Source of the DNA: Rhynchopus sp. YZ270_cl-10
Taxonomy: Eukaryota
Length of the DNA: 64,000 nt
Direction: 5' to 3'
Assembly (NCBI GenBank): GCA_964035575.1
Contig: OZ037835.1
Span: 1,798,001 to 1,862,000 of the forward strand
Under the pieces are notes generated by a model, which was not told the origin of the DNA, searched no databases, and saw nothing but the letters and a program-made list of their open reading frames with translations. The translations under genes were made by a program, and so were the position numbers. Positions 22,988-33,943 of the stretch are shown here, in pieces; positions within the stretch are counted from its first letter, which is position 1, and each line of letters begins with the position of its first letter.

Positions 22988-24328
22988 ATGCCGAAGCGAC
23001 ACGCAGACAGCACGCAGGACGAGAACCCACGAAAGAGAAGACAGCTTTCTGCAGACGAGGTCTTCGTGGAGGCTGCCAGGAACGGCGACATCACTGCCGT
23101 GCGGGAGGGACTTGTGGAGTTGAACCCAAACAGAAAAGCAGTGTCCTTCGATGCTGCGCACGAGGCATGCAGAGGGAACCACGATGAATGCCTCACACTG
23201 CTTCTTCCGCATGTTGAGACAACGCAGATGGGCTTTGGGATCCTGCTGAGTGAGTGTGTCCACGCAGACCACGTTGCGTGCACGGAGGTCCTCTTGCAGC
23301 ATTGGAAGTCCGCCTGCAATGACGTGGCGTTTGTCCCGCACGATGCCAAACACAGCGCAGGTCAGCCAGCGAGTCTCTGTCCGGCCATGTGGTCAGACCC
23401 TGCAGTGTGTCGCGTCTTGATTGATGCAGGGGCAGACTTACATACAAAAAACGAGATCGAACAGTTGCCTCTGCACTATGCTTGTGGATCAGGAGCACTT
23501 GACGTTGTGAAGATGTTGGTTGAAGCAGGTGTGGGAGTGCGTGCCACAGACGACGAAGGGGCCACGTGTCTTACCGTTGCGGCATATTTAGGAAACACCG
23601 AGACTGCGCGCTATCTTGTGGGCTTGCCACATGTCGATGTGAATCACCGAAGCAGTGCCAACTTCACTGTATTGCACTCAGCGGCGGCGAACAAGGAAAC
23701 AGACGTGGCACAGGTGCTGATTGATGCAGGTGCAGACATCGACGCAAGGGACAACGAGGGACATGCGCCTCTGTACTTTGCTTGCGCTTCAGGAGCATTT
23801 GACGTTGTGAAGATGTTGGTCAGAGCAGGTGCGGACGACGGGGGAGGGACGTGTCTTACACAAGCAGCGAATTGTGGACACACCGAGGTTGTGCGCTATC
23901 TTGTGGGCTTGCCAGAGGTAGATGTGAATCGCCGAGACGATGACTTCAAGACTGCGTTGCACTGTGCCGTGGAAAATGCACACACAGACGTGGTGCAGGT
24001 GCTGATTGACGCAGGTGCAGACCCCACCACATCGACCAACTATGGTGTGAATCGTTCACCTCTGCACACTGCGTGCATTTTGGAAACACTTGACATGGTG
24101 AAGATGTTGGTCAGAGCAGGTGCGGGAGTACGTGCCACCGACACCAACGGATCCACGTGCCTTCACTTTGCAGCAAAGTTCGGACGCACCGAGACTGTGC
24201 GCTATCTTGTGGGCTTGCCAGAGGTGGAACTGAATCACCGAGACACTGAAAAGAACTACACTGCGTTGCAGTATGCGGTGGAGGACAACCACACAGATGT
24301 TGAACAGGTGCTGCTTGATGCATTGTGA
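22988..24328 (+). CDS. NLS-ankyrin repeat protein, copy 3 (446 aa, 9 repeats)
   Basis: Intact ORF from MPKRHADSTQ to VLLDAL. Confidence 0.95.
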   Translation: MPKRHADSTQDENPRKRRQLSADEVFVEAARNGDITAVREGLVELNPNRKAVSFDAAHEACRGNHDECLTLLLPHVETTQMGFGILLSECVHADHVACTEVLLQHWKSACNDVAFVPHDAKHSAGQPASLCPAMWSDPAVCRVLIDAGADLHTKNEIEQLPLHYACGSGALDVVKMLVEAGVGVRATDDEGATCLTVAAYLGNTETARYLVGLPHVDVNHRSSANFTVLHSAAANKETDVAQVLIDAGADIDARDNEGHAPLYFACASGAFDVVKMLVRAGADDGGGTCLTQAANCGHTEVVRYLVGLPEVDVNRRDDDFKTALHCAVENAHTDVVQVLIDAGADPTTSTNYGVNRSPLHTACILETLDMVKMLVRAGAGVRATDTNGSTCLHFAAKFGRTETVRYLVGLPEVELNHRDTEKNYTALQYAVEDNHTDVEQVLLDAL

Positions 24329-24947
24329 GGCAGCGTGCTCTCGTTCGTCGTAGCTTCGATCCTCCACCTGCGTGTGTTGGCTGCGCTGGAGGTGGTGATG
24401 TTTCAGTCAGAACTGGGAAGAGCTTTTTATGGCAGGGTCACCCTGAGTTGGGTAGCCCTGTCTTACAATGCCAACGTCAGTTAATCACCCATACTTCCAC
24501 CGTTTCTTTCTGACAGTGCGTGCACATGCTCGCATGTCTTCCAAGCAAGAGGTGAGGTGCAATATTGTGATCAACGTTTTTTAAGACCCCAAGAGTGGAT
24601 CAAAAGTGGGATGGGATCAGAAAACAAGCAAAGAAGAACAACGAATGCAGTATTTTATTTTCACTCTGCGAGTGTAATCCAACAAAATCCAGTATTTCCC
24701 TTCATAACCTATGCACAAAACATAGACACAAAACCACGGAACTACCGCCTACCGGGCTGGCCTACGACACAGGGAGTCATTCAGTACTGAAGGTCTTGCT
24801 TTTGCCTGCATTTCAACCAAGAAAAAGAAAGCCCACTTGTCGTCGTACCTCTCAAAGACTTTCTCATATGATGAATGACGTGACGTGCATTGTGTGCTGT
24901 GCCGACATGGACGCATCAACATTGTTTATTCGTGTGGGTTGCGTGTG

Positions 24948-25667
24948 CAGGGTTGAAAATCCCGGGCTTCCACAGCTAGCAAAATTAATTCGAAGCCCGG
25001 GTTTGTACCCGGGCTTGGTTTTTTGGTGAAAATAATTAAAATACTGGTGTAAATTTTTTTCTGTCAACCCAATTGATAGCAATTCGCCTGCTGTGTACCA
25101 TGTGCACCAGGCGCACGTGGTACACGAATTGTCAGTAGCCAGTACATTTATAACAAAGAAAGCGCGGTCATGGCACCCAAAGGTTCCTGGCGAAGCCACG
25201 GTACGCAACATTTCAAAAAATTGCGCTTACAATCGCACATTTTTACAGGCAAACAATGTCATGGGAAGGGTGGGTTGCAATCTTGCGCCGCAGGCGCACG
25301 GTACGCTACTTTTATAATTTCGCCATGATGCATGCTTCCTTTTCCTTCGGCGTTTGACCAATTGAGTCGCGTTCTGGCTGTGACGGGGGTGTGGGTAACC
25401 CTTGAGTATAGACGTGTGTGTTTTCTTTACTGACTTCGTTGTTTTCTGCCAACAGAGCTTCGTTTCGGCGACTGACTACCCTGGGCTACGCCCTGAGGCT
25501 ACACCCCCCGTAGTGGGGTGGGGCAGCCCCACCCCAGAAAAGTTAAAACCCGGGGAAAACCCAGGCTTAAGCCCGGGTAAACCCGGGCTTCGAACCCGGG
25601 CTTGCTCTGCGCAAAATTAATTAAGCCCGGGTTTTCCCGGGCTTACTGCCCAAGATTTTCACCGCTG
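24948..25667. mobile_element. hAT-like non-autonomous element, 720 bp, 8-bp TSD
   Basis: CAGGGTTGAAAATC ... GATTTTCACCGCTG (12/14), with TSD TGCGTGTG at 24940-24947 and 25668-25675. The paralogous spacers near 27720 and 60015 show the empty site. Confidence 0.92.
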
Positions 25668-25760
25668 TGCGTGTGTGTTCTTCGTCCTCTCTCCTCACCC
25701 ACAACCTCTGCACAAAAAGAAACCAACACAAAAGACACAGCAACAATACACAGAGACACA

Positions 25761-27107
25761 ATGCCGAAGCGACACGCAGACAGCACGCAGGACGAGAACC
25801 CACGAAAGAGAAGACAGCTTTCTGCAGACAAGGCCTTCGTGGAGGCTGCCAGGAACGGCGACACGACTGCCGTGCGGGCGGTCCTTGAGAAGTTCAACCC
25901 AGACAGAAAGAAAGTGGCCTTCGATGCTGCGCACGAGGCATGCAGAGGGAACCACGATGAATGCCTCACACTGCTTCTTCCGCATGTTGAGACAACGCAG
26001 ATGGGCTTTGGGATCCTGCTGAGTGAGTGTGTCCACACAGACCACGTTGCGTGCACGGAGGTCCTCTTGCAGCATTGGAAGTCCGTCTGCACTGACGTGG
26101 CGTTTGTCGCGCACGATGCCAAATACAGCTCAGGTCAGTCAGCGAGTCTCTGTCCGGCCATGTGGTCAGACCCTGCAGTGTGTCGCGTCTTGATTGATGC
26201 AGGGGCAGACTTACATACAAAAAACGAGTGGGAAGAGTCGCCTCTGCACTATGCTTGCAAATCAGGAGCACTTGATATTGTGATGATGTTGGTCAGAGCA
26301 GGTGCGGGAATGCGTGCCACGGACGACGAAGGGAGCACGTGTCTTGCCATTGCGGCATATTCAGGAAACACCGAGACTGCGCGCTATCTTGTGGGCTTGC
26401 CAGATATCGATGTGAATCATCGAGACAGTACCGACCTCACTGTATTGCATTCAGCGGCGGCAAGCAAGGCAACAGACGTGGCACAGGTGCTGATTGATGC
26501 TGGTGCAGACATCGACGCAGTGGATAACGAGGGACATGCGCCTCTGTACTTTGCTTGCGCTTCAGGAGCATTTGACGTTGTGAAGATGTTGGTCAGAGCA
26601 GGTGCGGACGCCGTGGGAGGGACGTGTCTTACAAAAGCAGCGAGTTGTGGACACACGGAGACTGTGCGCTATCTCGTGGGCTTGCCAGAGGTTGATGCGA
26701 ATCACCGAGATGATGACCTCAAGACTGCGTTGCACTGTGCCGTGGAAAATGCACACACAGACGTGGTGCAGGTGCTGATTGATGCAGGTGCAGACACCAA
26801 CACGCCGACCATAGTTGACTATGGTTTGAATCTTTCACCTCTGCAAGCTGCGTGCATTATGGAAACACTTGACATTGTGAAGATGTTGGTCAGAGCAGGT
26901 GCGGGAGTACGTGCCACCGACACCAACGGATGCACGTGTCTTCACTTTGCAGCAAAGTTGGGACGCACCGAGACTGTGCGCTATCTTGTGGGCTTGCCAG
27001 AGGTGGAACTGAATCACCGTGACACTAAAAAGAACTACACTGCGTTGCAGTATGCGGTACAGTACAACCACACAGATGTTGAACAGGTGCTGCTTGATGC
27101 ATTGTGA
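25761..27107 (+). CDS. NLS-ankyrin repeat protein, copy 4 (448 aa, 9 repeats)
   Basis: Intact ORF with the family start and end. Confidence 0.95.
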   Translation: MPKRHADSTQDENPRKRRQLSADKAFVEAARNGDTTAVRAVLEKFNPDRKKVAFDAAHEACRGNHDECLTLLLPHVETTQMGFGILLSECVHTDHVACTEVLLQHWKSVCTDVAFVAHDAKYSSGQSASLCPAMWSDPAVCRVLIDAGADLHTKNEWEESPLHYACKSGALDIVMMLVRAGAGMRATDDEGSTCLAIAAYSGNTETARYLVGLPDIDVNHRDSTDLTVLHSAAASKATDVAQVLIDAGADIDAVDNEGHAPLYFACASGAFDVVKMLVRAGADAVGGTCLTKAASCGHTETVRYLVGLPEVDANHRDDDLKTALHCAVENAHTDVVQVLIDAGADTNTPTIVDYGLNLSPLQAACIMETLDIVKMLVRAGAGVRATDTNGCTCLHFAAKLGRTETVRYLVGLPEVELNHRDTKKNYTALQYAVQYNHTDVEQVLLDAL

Positions 27108-27811
27108 GACAGCGTGCTCTCGTTCGTCGTAGCTTCGATCCTCCACCTGCGTGTGTTGGCTGCGCTGGAGGTGGTGGTGTTTCAGTCAGAACTGGGAAGA
27201 GCTTTTTATGGCAAGGTCACCCTGAGTTGGGTAGCCCTGTGTTACAATACCAACGTCAGTTAATCACCCATACTTCCACCGTTTCTTTCTGACAGTGTGT
27301 GCACATGCTCGCATGTTTTCCAAGCAAGAGGTGAGGTGCAATATTGTGATCAACGTTTTTTAAGACCCCAAGAGTGGATCAAAAGTGGGATGGGATCAGA
27401 AAACAAGCAAAGAAGAACAACGAAAACAGTATTTTATTTTCACTCTGCGAGTGTAATCCAACAAAATCCAGTATTTCCCTTCATAACCTATGCACAAAAC
27501 ATAGACACAAAACCACGGAACTACCGCCTACCGGGCTGGCCTACGACACAGGGAGTCATTCAGTACTGAAGGTTTTGCTTTTGCCTAAATTTCAACCAAG
27601 AAAAAGAAAGCCCACTTGTTGTCGTACCTCTCAAAGACTTTCTCATATGATGAATGACGTGACGTGCATTGTGTACTGTGCCCACATGGACACATCTGCA
27701 TTGTGTATTCGTGTGTGTTGCATGTGTGTTCTTCGTCCTCTCTCCTCACCCACAACCTCTGCACAAAAAGAAACCAACACAAAAGACACAGCAACAATAC
27801 ACAGAGACACA

Positions 27812-29479
27812 ATGCCGAAGCGACACGCAGACAGCACGCAGGACGAGAACCCACGAAAGAGAAGACAGCTTTCTGCAGACGAGGCCTTCGTGGAGGCTGC
27901 CAGGAACGGCGACACGACTGCCGTGTGGGAGGTACTTGATAAGTACTTCACAGTAAGAAAAACAACGGCCTTCGATGCTGCGCACGAGGCATGCAGAGGG
28001 AACCACGACGAATGCCTCGCACTGCTTCTTCCGTATGTTGAGACAACGCAGATGGGCTTTGGGATCCTGCTGAGTGAGTGTGTCCACGCAGACCACGCTG
28101 CGTGCACGAAGGTCCTCTTGCAGCATTGGAAGTCCGTCTGCAATGACGTGGCGTTTGTCGGGCACGAGTCCAAACACAGCACAGGTCAGTCAGCGAGTCT
28201 CTGTCCGGCCATGTGGTCAGACCCTGCAGTGTGTCGCGTCTTGATTGATGCAGGGGCAGACTTACATACGAAAAACGAGATCGAACAGTCACCTCTGCAC
28301 TATGCTTGCGCTTCAGGAGCACTTGACGTTGTGAAGATGTTGGTTGAAGCAGGTGCGGGAGTGCGTGACACAAATGACAAAGGATGGACGTGTCTCCACG
28401 TTGCGGCACGTTTTGCACACATCGAGACTGTTCGTTATCTTGCGGGCTTGCCAGAGGACGATTTGAATTTCGAAGACAGTGACAACCGCACTGCGTTGCA
28501 CTTAGCCGTGTGTGAGAAGCTCACAGACGTGGTGCAGGTGCTGATTGATGCAGGTGCAGACATCGATACGGTGAACAAAGACGGATGGGCGCCCCTGGAC
28601 TCTGCTTGCAAATATGGAACACTTGACGTTGTGAAGATGTTGGTCGAAGCAGGTACAGGACTACGAGACACAATTGACGAAGGATGGACGTGTCTCCACA
28701 TTGCGGCGTGTTTTGGACACACCGAGACTGTTCGCTATCTTATGGGCTTGCCATTTGTTGATATGAATCACCGAGACGGGAACAACCGCACTGCGTTGTG
28801 TGTTGCCGTGGATGAAGAACACACAGACATTGTGCAGGTGCTGTTTGATGCAGGTGCAGACATCGACACACAGAACAACGAGGGATGGTCGCCTCTGCAC
28901 TATGCTTGCCTTACAGGAGCACTTGACGTTGTTAGGATGTTGGTCAGAGCAGGTGCGGAAGTGCGTACCACAGACAACGATGGGTGCACGTGTCTTCACG
29001 GTGCGGCACGCTATGGATACACCAAGACTGTGCGCTATCTTGTGGGCTTGCCAGAGGTGGAACTGGATCACAGAGATGATGACAACAATAGTGCTTTGCA
29101 CTTAGCAGTGGATGAGAATCGTACAGACATTGTGCAGGTGCTGATTGATGCAGGTGCAGACATCGACACACAGAACCACGCGGGATGTTCGCCTCTGCAT
29201 TCTGCTTGCGCTTCAGGAACACTTGAAGTTTTGAAGTTGTTGGTCAGAGGAGGTGCGGGAGTGCGTACCACAAATGACCAAGGACGCACATGTCTTCACC
29301 TTGCGGCAGAGCTTGGACACATCGACATTGTGCGCTATCTTGTGGGATTGCCAGAGGTGGAACTGAATCGCCGAGACACTGAAAAGAACTACACTGCGTT
29401 GCAGTATGCGGTGCAGGAAAAGCACACAGAAGTTACACAGGTGCTGCTTGATGCACTGTATGTTGTGTTTGGTGTTTGA
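27812..29479 (+). CDS. NLS-ankyrin repeat protein, copy 5 (555 aa, 12 repeats, DALYVVFGV tail)
   Basis: Intact ORF with four three-repeat modules. Confidence 0.95.
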   Translation: MPKRHADSTQDENPRKRRQLSADEAFVEAARNGDTTAVWEVLDKYFTVRKTTAFDAAHEACRGNHDECLALLLPYVETTQMGFGILLSECVHADHAACTKVLLQHWKSVCNDVAFVGHESKHSTGQSASLCPAMWSDPAVCRVLIDAGADLHTKNEIEQSPLHYACASGALDVVKMLVEAGAGVRDTNDKGWTCLHVAARFAHIETVRYLAGLPEDDLNFEDSDNRTALHLAVCEKLTDVVQVLIDAGADIDTVNKDGWAPLDSACKYGTLDVVKMLVEAGTGLRDTIDEGWTCLHIAACFGHTETVRYLMGLPFVDMNHRDGNNRTALCVAVDEEHTDIVQVLFDAGADIDTQNNEGWSPLHYACLTGALDVVRMLVRAGAEVRTTDNDGCTCLHGAARYGYTKTVRYLVGLPEVELDHRDDDNNSALHLAVDENRTDIVQVLIDAGADIDTQNHAGCSPLHSACASGTLEVLKLLVRGGAGVRTTNDQGRTCLHLAAELGHIDIVRYLVGLPEVELNRRDTEKNYTALQYAVQEKHTEVTQVLLDALYVVFGV

Positions 29480-30060
29480 GACATGCTCACGTACCTCGTG
29501 ACTTCGACCCCACCTGCGTGTGTTAGCTGCTCTGGAGGTGGTGGTGTTTCAGTTGTACTGGGATGCTTTTATTGTGAACATAGCAAGAATCATGCTTTAA
29601 ACAACTCTTTGCCTGCCCATACGATTGCCCGCTAAATTAAGTGAGGTGAGCGTCGGGAAACGAAAGCGAACATTGTGGTCAACGTTTTTTATGAACTGGT
29701 TTAAGACCCCAAGAGGGGATCAACAGGGGGATGGGATCAACAAACAAGAAACGAGGAACAAAGAAGGTAGTCCCGTGTTTGGATGAAGATGCACCACCAC
29801 CTTGTCCTCCAGGGACCTAGAGGCCACGTACCCATCCGCATGACGCTTGTCTACTGTGTACAGGAAACAGCGTTGCGGTGCACTACCTTCCGTGGAATGT
29901 CGGTTCTGTGGGAACAGCTTTGTGCTAAAAACGCGGAGAGGAGTTCGTGTGTACCACAAACAGTGAGAGATGTGGGGGTGAAGGAGGCGTGCATGGTGCA
30001 CCTTGCACCGTCTGGGGTACAAACCAACACAAAGACACAGCAACAATACACAAACACACA

Positions 30061-31402
30061 ATGCCGAAGCGACACGCAGACAGCACGCAGGACGAGAACC
30101 CGCGAAAGAGAAGACAGCTTTCTGCAGACGAGGTCTTCGTGGAGGCTGCCAGGAACGGCAACACGACTGCCGTGCGGGCGTTCCTTGAAGAGGAGTTCAA
30201 CCCTTACAGAAAATCAGTGGCCTTCGATGCTGCGCACGAGGCATGCAGAGGGAACCACGATGAATGCCTCGCACTGCTTCTTCCGCATGTTGAGACAACG
30301 CAGATGGGCTTTGGGATGCTGCTGAGTGAGTGTGTCCACACAGACCACGTTGCGTGCACGGAGGTCCTCTTGCAGCATTGGAAGTCCGTCTGCACTGACG
30401 TGGCGTTTGTCGCGCACGATGCCAAATACAGCTCAGGTCAGTCAGCGAGTCTCTGTCCGGCCATGTGGTCAGACCCTGCAGTGTGTCGCGTCTTGATTGA
30501 TGCAGGGGCAGACTTACATACAAAAAAACGAGAAGCAAGAGTCGCCTCTGCACTATGCTTGCCTTTCAGGAGCACTTGACGTTGTGAAGATATTGGTCAG
30601 AGCAGGTGCGGGAATGCGTGCCACAGACGACGAAGGGGCCACGTGTCTTGCCGTTGCGGCATATTCAGGAAACACTGAGACTGTGCGCTATCTTGTGGGC
30701 TTGCCACATGTCGATGTGATGTACCGAAACAATGACTTCACTGCATTACACGCAGCGGCAGCGAACAAGGCAACAGACGTGGCACAGGTGCTGATTGATG
30801 CAGGTGCGGACATCGACGCAATGGATATCGAGGGACGTGCACCACTGTACTTTGCTTGCGCTTCAGGAGCACTTGACGTTGTGAAGATGTTGGTCAGAGC
30901 AGGTGCAGACGACGTGGGAGGGACGTGTCTTACACAAGCAGCGAGTTGTGGACACACGGAGACTGTGCGCTATCTTTTGTGCTTGCCAGAGGTTGATGTG
31001 AATCGCCGAGATGATGACCTCAAGACTGCGTTGCACTCAGCGGTGGAACATGCACACACAGACGTTCTGCAGGTGCTGATTGATGCAGGTGCAGACACCA
31101 ACACACAGACCAACTATGGTGTGAATCATTCGCCTCTGCACACTGCGTGCATTATGGAAACACTTGACATGGTGAAGATGTTGGTCAGAGCAGGTGCGGG
31201 AGTACGTGCCACCGACACCAACGGATCCACGTGCCTTCACTTTGCAGCAAAGTTGGGACGCACCGAGACTGTGCGCTATCTTGTGGGCTTGCCAGAGGTG
31301 GAACTGAATCACCGAGACACTGAAAAGAACTACACTGCGTTGCAGTATGCGGTGGAGTGCAACCACACAGATGTTGAACAGGTGCTGCTTGATACATTGT
31401 GA
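30061..31402 (+). pseudogene. NLS-ankyrin repeat protein, copy 6, +1 frameshift in an A-run (pseudogene or sequencing error)
   Basis: The A-run at 30522-30528 has 7 A where paralogs have 6 (CATACAAAAAACGAG). Otherwise the copy is intact across ORFs 29947-30579 and 30497-31402. Confidence 0.75.
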
Positions 31403-32127
31403 GGCAGCGTGCTCCCGTTCGTCGTAGCTTCGATCCTCCACCTGCGTGTGTTGGCTGCGCTGGAGGTGGTGGTGTTTCAGTCAGAACTGGGAAGAGCTTT
31501 TTATGGCAGGGTCACCCTGAGTTGGGTAGCCCTGTGTTACAATACCAACGTCAGTTAGTCACCCATACTTCCACCGTTTCTTTCTGACAGTGTGTGCACA
31601 AGCTCGCATGTCTTCCAAGCAAGAGGTGAGGTGCAATATTGTGATCAACGTTTTTTAAGACCCCAAGAGTGGATCAAAAGTGCGATGGGATCAGCAAGCA
31701 AGAAAAGAAGAACAAAGAAAGCAGTATTTTATTTTCACTCTGCGAGTGTAATCCAACAAAATGGTTCTTCTCTTCTTCAGAATTCAAAACCTATGCACGA
31801 AACATAGACACAAAACCATGGACCTACCGGGCCTACTGGGCTGTCCTACGACACAGGGAGTCATTCAGTACTGAAGGTTTTGCTTTTGCCTGCATTTCAA
31901 CCAAGAAAAAGAAAGGCCACTTGTTGTCGTACCTCTCAAAGACTTTCTCAAAGACTTTCTCTATGATGAATGACGTGACATGCATTGTGTACTGTGCCGA
32001 CATGGACGCATCAACATTGTTTATTCGTGTGTGTTGCATGTGTGCCCTTCGTCCTCTCTCGTCACTCACAACCTCTGCACAAAAAGAAACCGACACAAAA
32101 GACACAGCAACAATACACAAACACACA

Positions 32128-33474
32128 ATGCCGAGGCGACACGCAGACAGCACGCAGGACGAGAACCCACGAAAGAGAAGACAGCTTTCTGCAGACGAGG
32201 TCTTCGTGGAGGCTGCCAGGAACGGCGACACGACTGCCGTGCGGGCGGTACTTGACAAGTACTTCACAGTAAGAAAAACAATGGCCTTCGGTGCTGCACA
32301 CGAGGCATGCAGAGGGAACCACGATGAATGCCTCACACTGCTTCTTCCGTATGTTGAGACAACGCAGATGGGCTTTGGGATGCTGCTGAGTGAGTGTGTC
32401 CACGCAGACCACGTTGCGTGCACGGAGGTCCTCTTGCAGCATTGGAAGTCCGTCTGCGATGACGTGGCGCTTGTCCCGCACGATGCCAAACACAGTGCAG
32501 GTCAGCCAGCGAGTCTCTGTCCGGCCATGTGGTCAGACCCTGCAGTGTGTCGCGTCTTGATTGATGCAGGGGCAGACTTACATACAAAAAACGAGAGCGA
32601 GCAGTTGCCTCTGCACTATGCTTGTGAATCAGGAGCTCTTGACGTTGTGAAGATGTTGGTTGAAGCAGGTGTGGGAGTGCGTGCCACAGACGACGAAGGG
32701 AGCACGTGTCTTGCCATTGCGGCATATTCAGGAAACACCGAGACTGCGCGCTATCTTGTGGGCTTGCCACATGTCGATGTGAATCATCGAGACAGTACCG
32801 ACTTCACTGTATTGCACTCAGCGGCGGCAAGCAAGGCAACAGACGTGGCACAGGTGCTGATTGATGCAGGTGCAGACATCGACGCAATGAATAACGAGGG
32901 ACATGCGCCTCTGTACTTTGCTTGCGCTTCAGGAGCACTTGACGTTGTGAAGATGTTGGTCAGAGCAGGTGCGGACGACAGGGGAGGGACGTGTCTTACA
33001 AAAGCAGCGAATTGTGGACACACCGAGGTTGTGCGCTATCTTTTGTGCTTGCCAGAGGTTGAACTGAATCGCCGAGATGATGACCTCAAGACTGCGTTGC
33101 ACTCAGCGGTGGAACATGCACACACAGACGTTGTGCAGGTGCTGATTGATGCAGGTGCAGACACCAACACGCCGATCATAGTTGACTATAGTTTGAATCT
33201 TTCACCTCTGCAAGCTGCGTGCATTATGGAAACACTTGACATTGTGAAGATGTTGGTCAGAGCAGGTGCGGGAGTACGTGCCACCGACACCAACGGATCC
33301 ACGTGCCTTCACTTTGCAGCAAAGTTCGGACGCACCGAGACTGTGCGCTATCTTGTGGGCTTGCCAGAGGTGGAACTGAATCACCGAGACACTGCAAAGA
33401 ACTACACTGCGTTGCAGTATGCGGTACAGTACAACCACACAGATGTTGAACAGGTGCTGCTTGATGCATTGTGA
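32128..33474 (+). CDS. NLS-ankyrin repeat protein, copy 7 (448 aa, 9 repeats)
   Basis: Intact ORF starting MPRRHADSTQ. Confidence 0.95.
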   Translation: MPRRHADSTQDENPRKRRQLSADEVFVEAARNGDTTAVRAVLDKYFTVRKTMAFGAAHEACRGNHDECLTLLLPYVETTQMGFGMLLSECVHADHVACTEVLLQHWKSVCDDVALVPHDAKHSAGQPASLCPAMWSDPAVCRVLIDAGADLHTKNESEQLPLHYACESGALDVVKMLVEAGVGVRATDDEGSTCLAIAAYSGNTETARYLVGLPHVDVNHRDSTDFTVLHSAAASKATDVAQVLIDAGADIDAMNNEGHAPLYFACASGALDVVKMLVRAGADDRGGTCLTKAANCGHTEVVRYLLCLPEVELNRRDDDLKTALHSAVEHAHTDVVQVLIDAGADTNTPIIVDYSLNLSPLQAACIMETLDIVKMLVRAGAGVRATDTNGSTCLHFAAKFGRTETVRYLVGLPEVELNHRDTAKNYTALQYAVQYNHTDVEQVLLDAL

Positions 33475-33849
33475 GGCAGCGTGCTCCCGTTCGTCGTAGC
33501 TTCGATCCTCCACCTGCGTGTGTTGGCTGCGCTGGAGGTGGTGGTGTTTCAGTCAGAACTGGGAAGAGCTTTTTATGGCAGGGTCACCCCTGAGTTGGGT
33601 AGCCCTGTGTTACAATACCAACGTCAGTTAGTCACCCATACTTCCACCGTTTCTTTCTGACAGTGTGTGCGCATGCTCGCATGTCTTCCAAGCAAGAGGT
33701 GAGGTGCAATATTGTAATCAACGTTTTTTAAGACCCCAAGAGTGGATCAAAAGTGGGATGGGATCAGTAATCCAACAAAAATCCAGTATTTTCCTTCAAA
33801 ACCTATGCACGAAACATAGACACAAAACCATAGAACTCCGGGCATACCG

Positions 33850-33900
33850 CAGGCCTCTGGGTAATTTTTCGGCCGATGTTGGCCTTGGGGGGTGGGTGGT

Positions 33901-33943
<43 letters not shown>

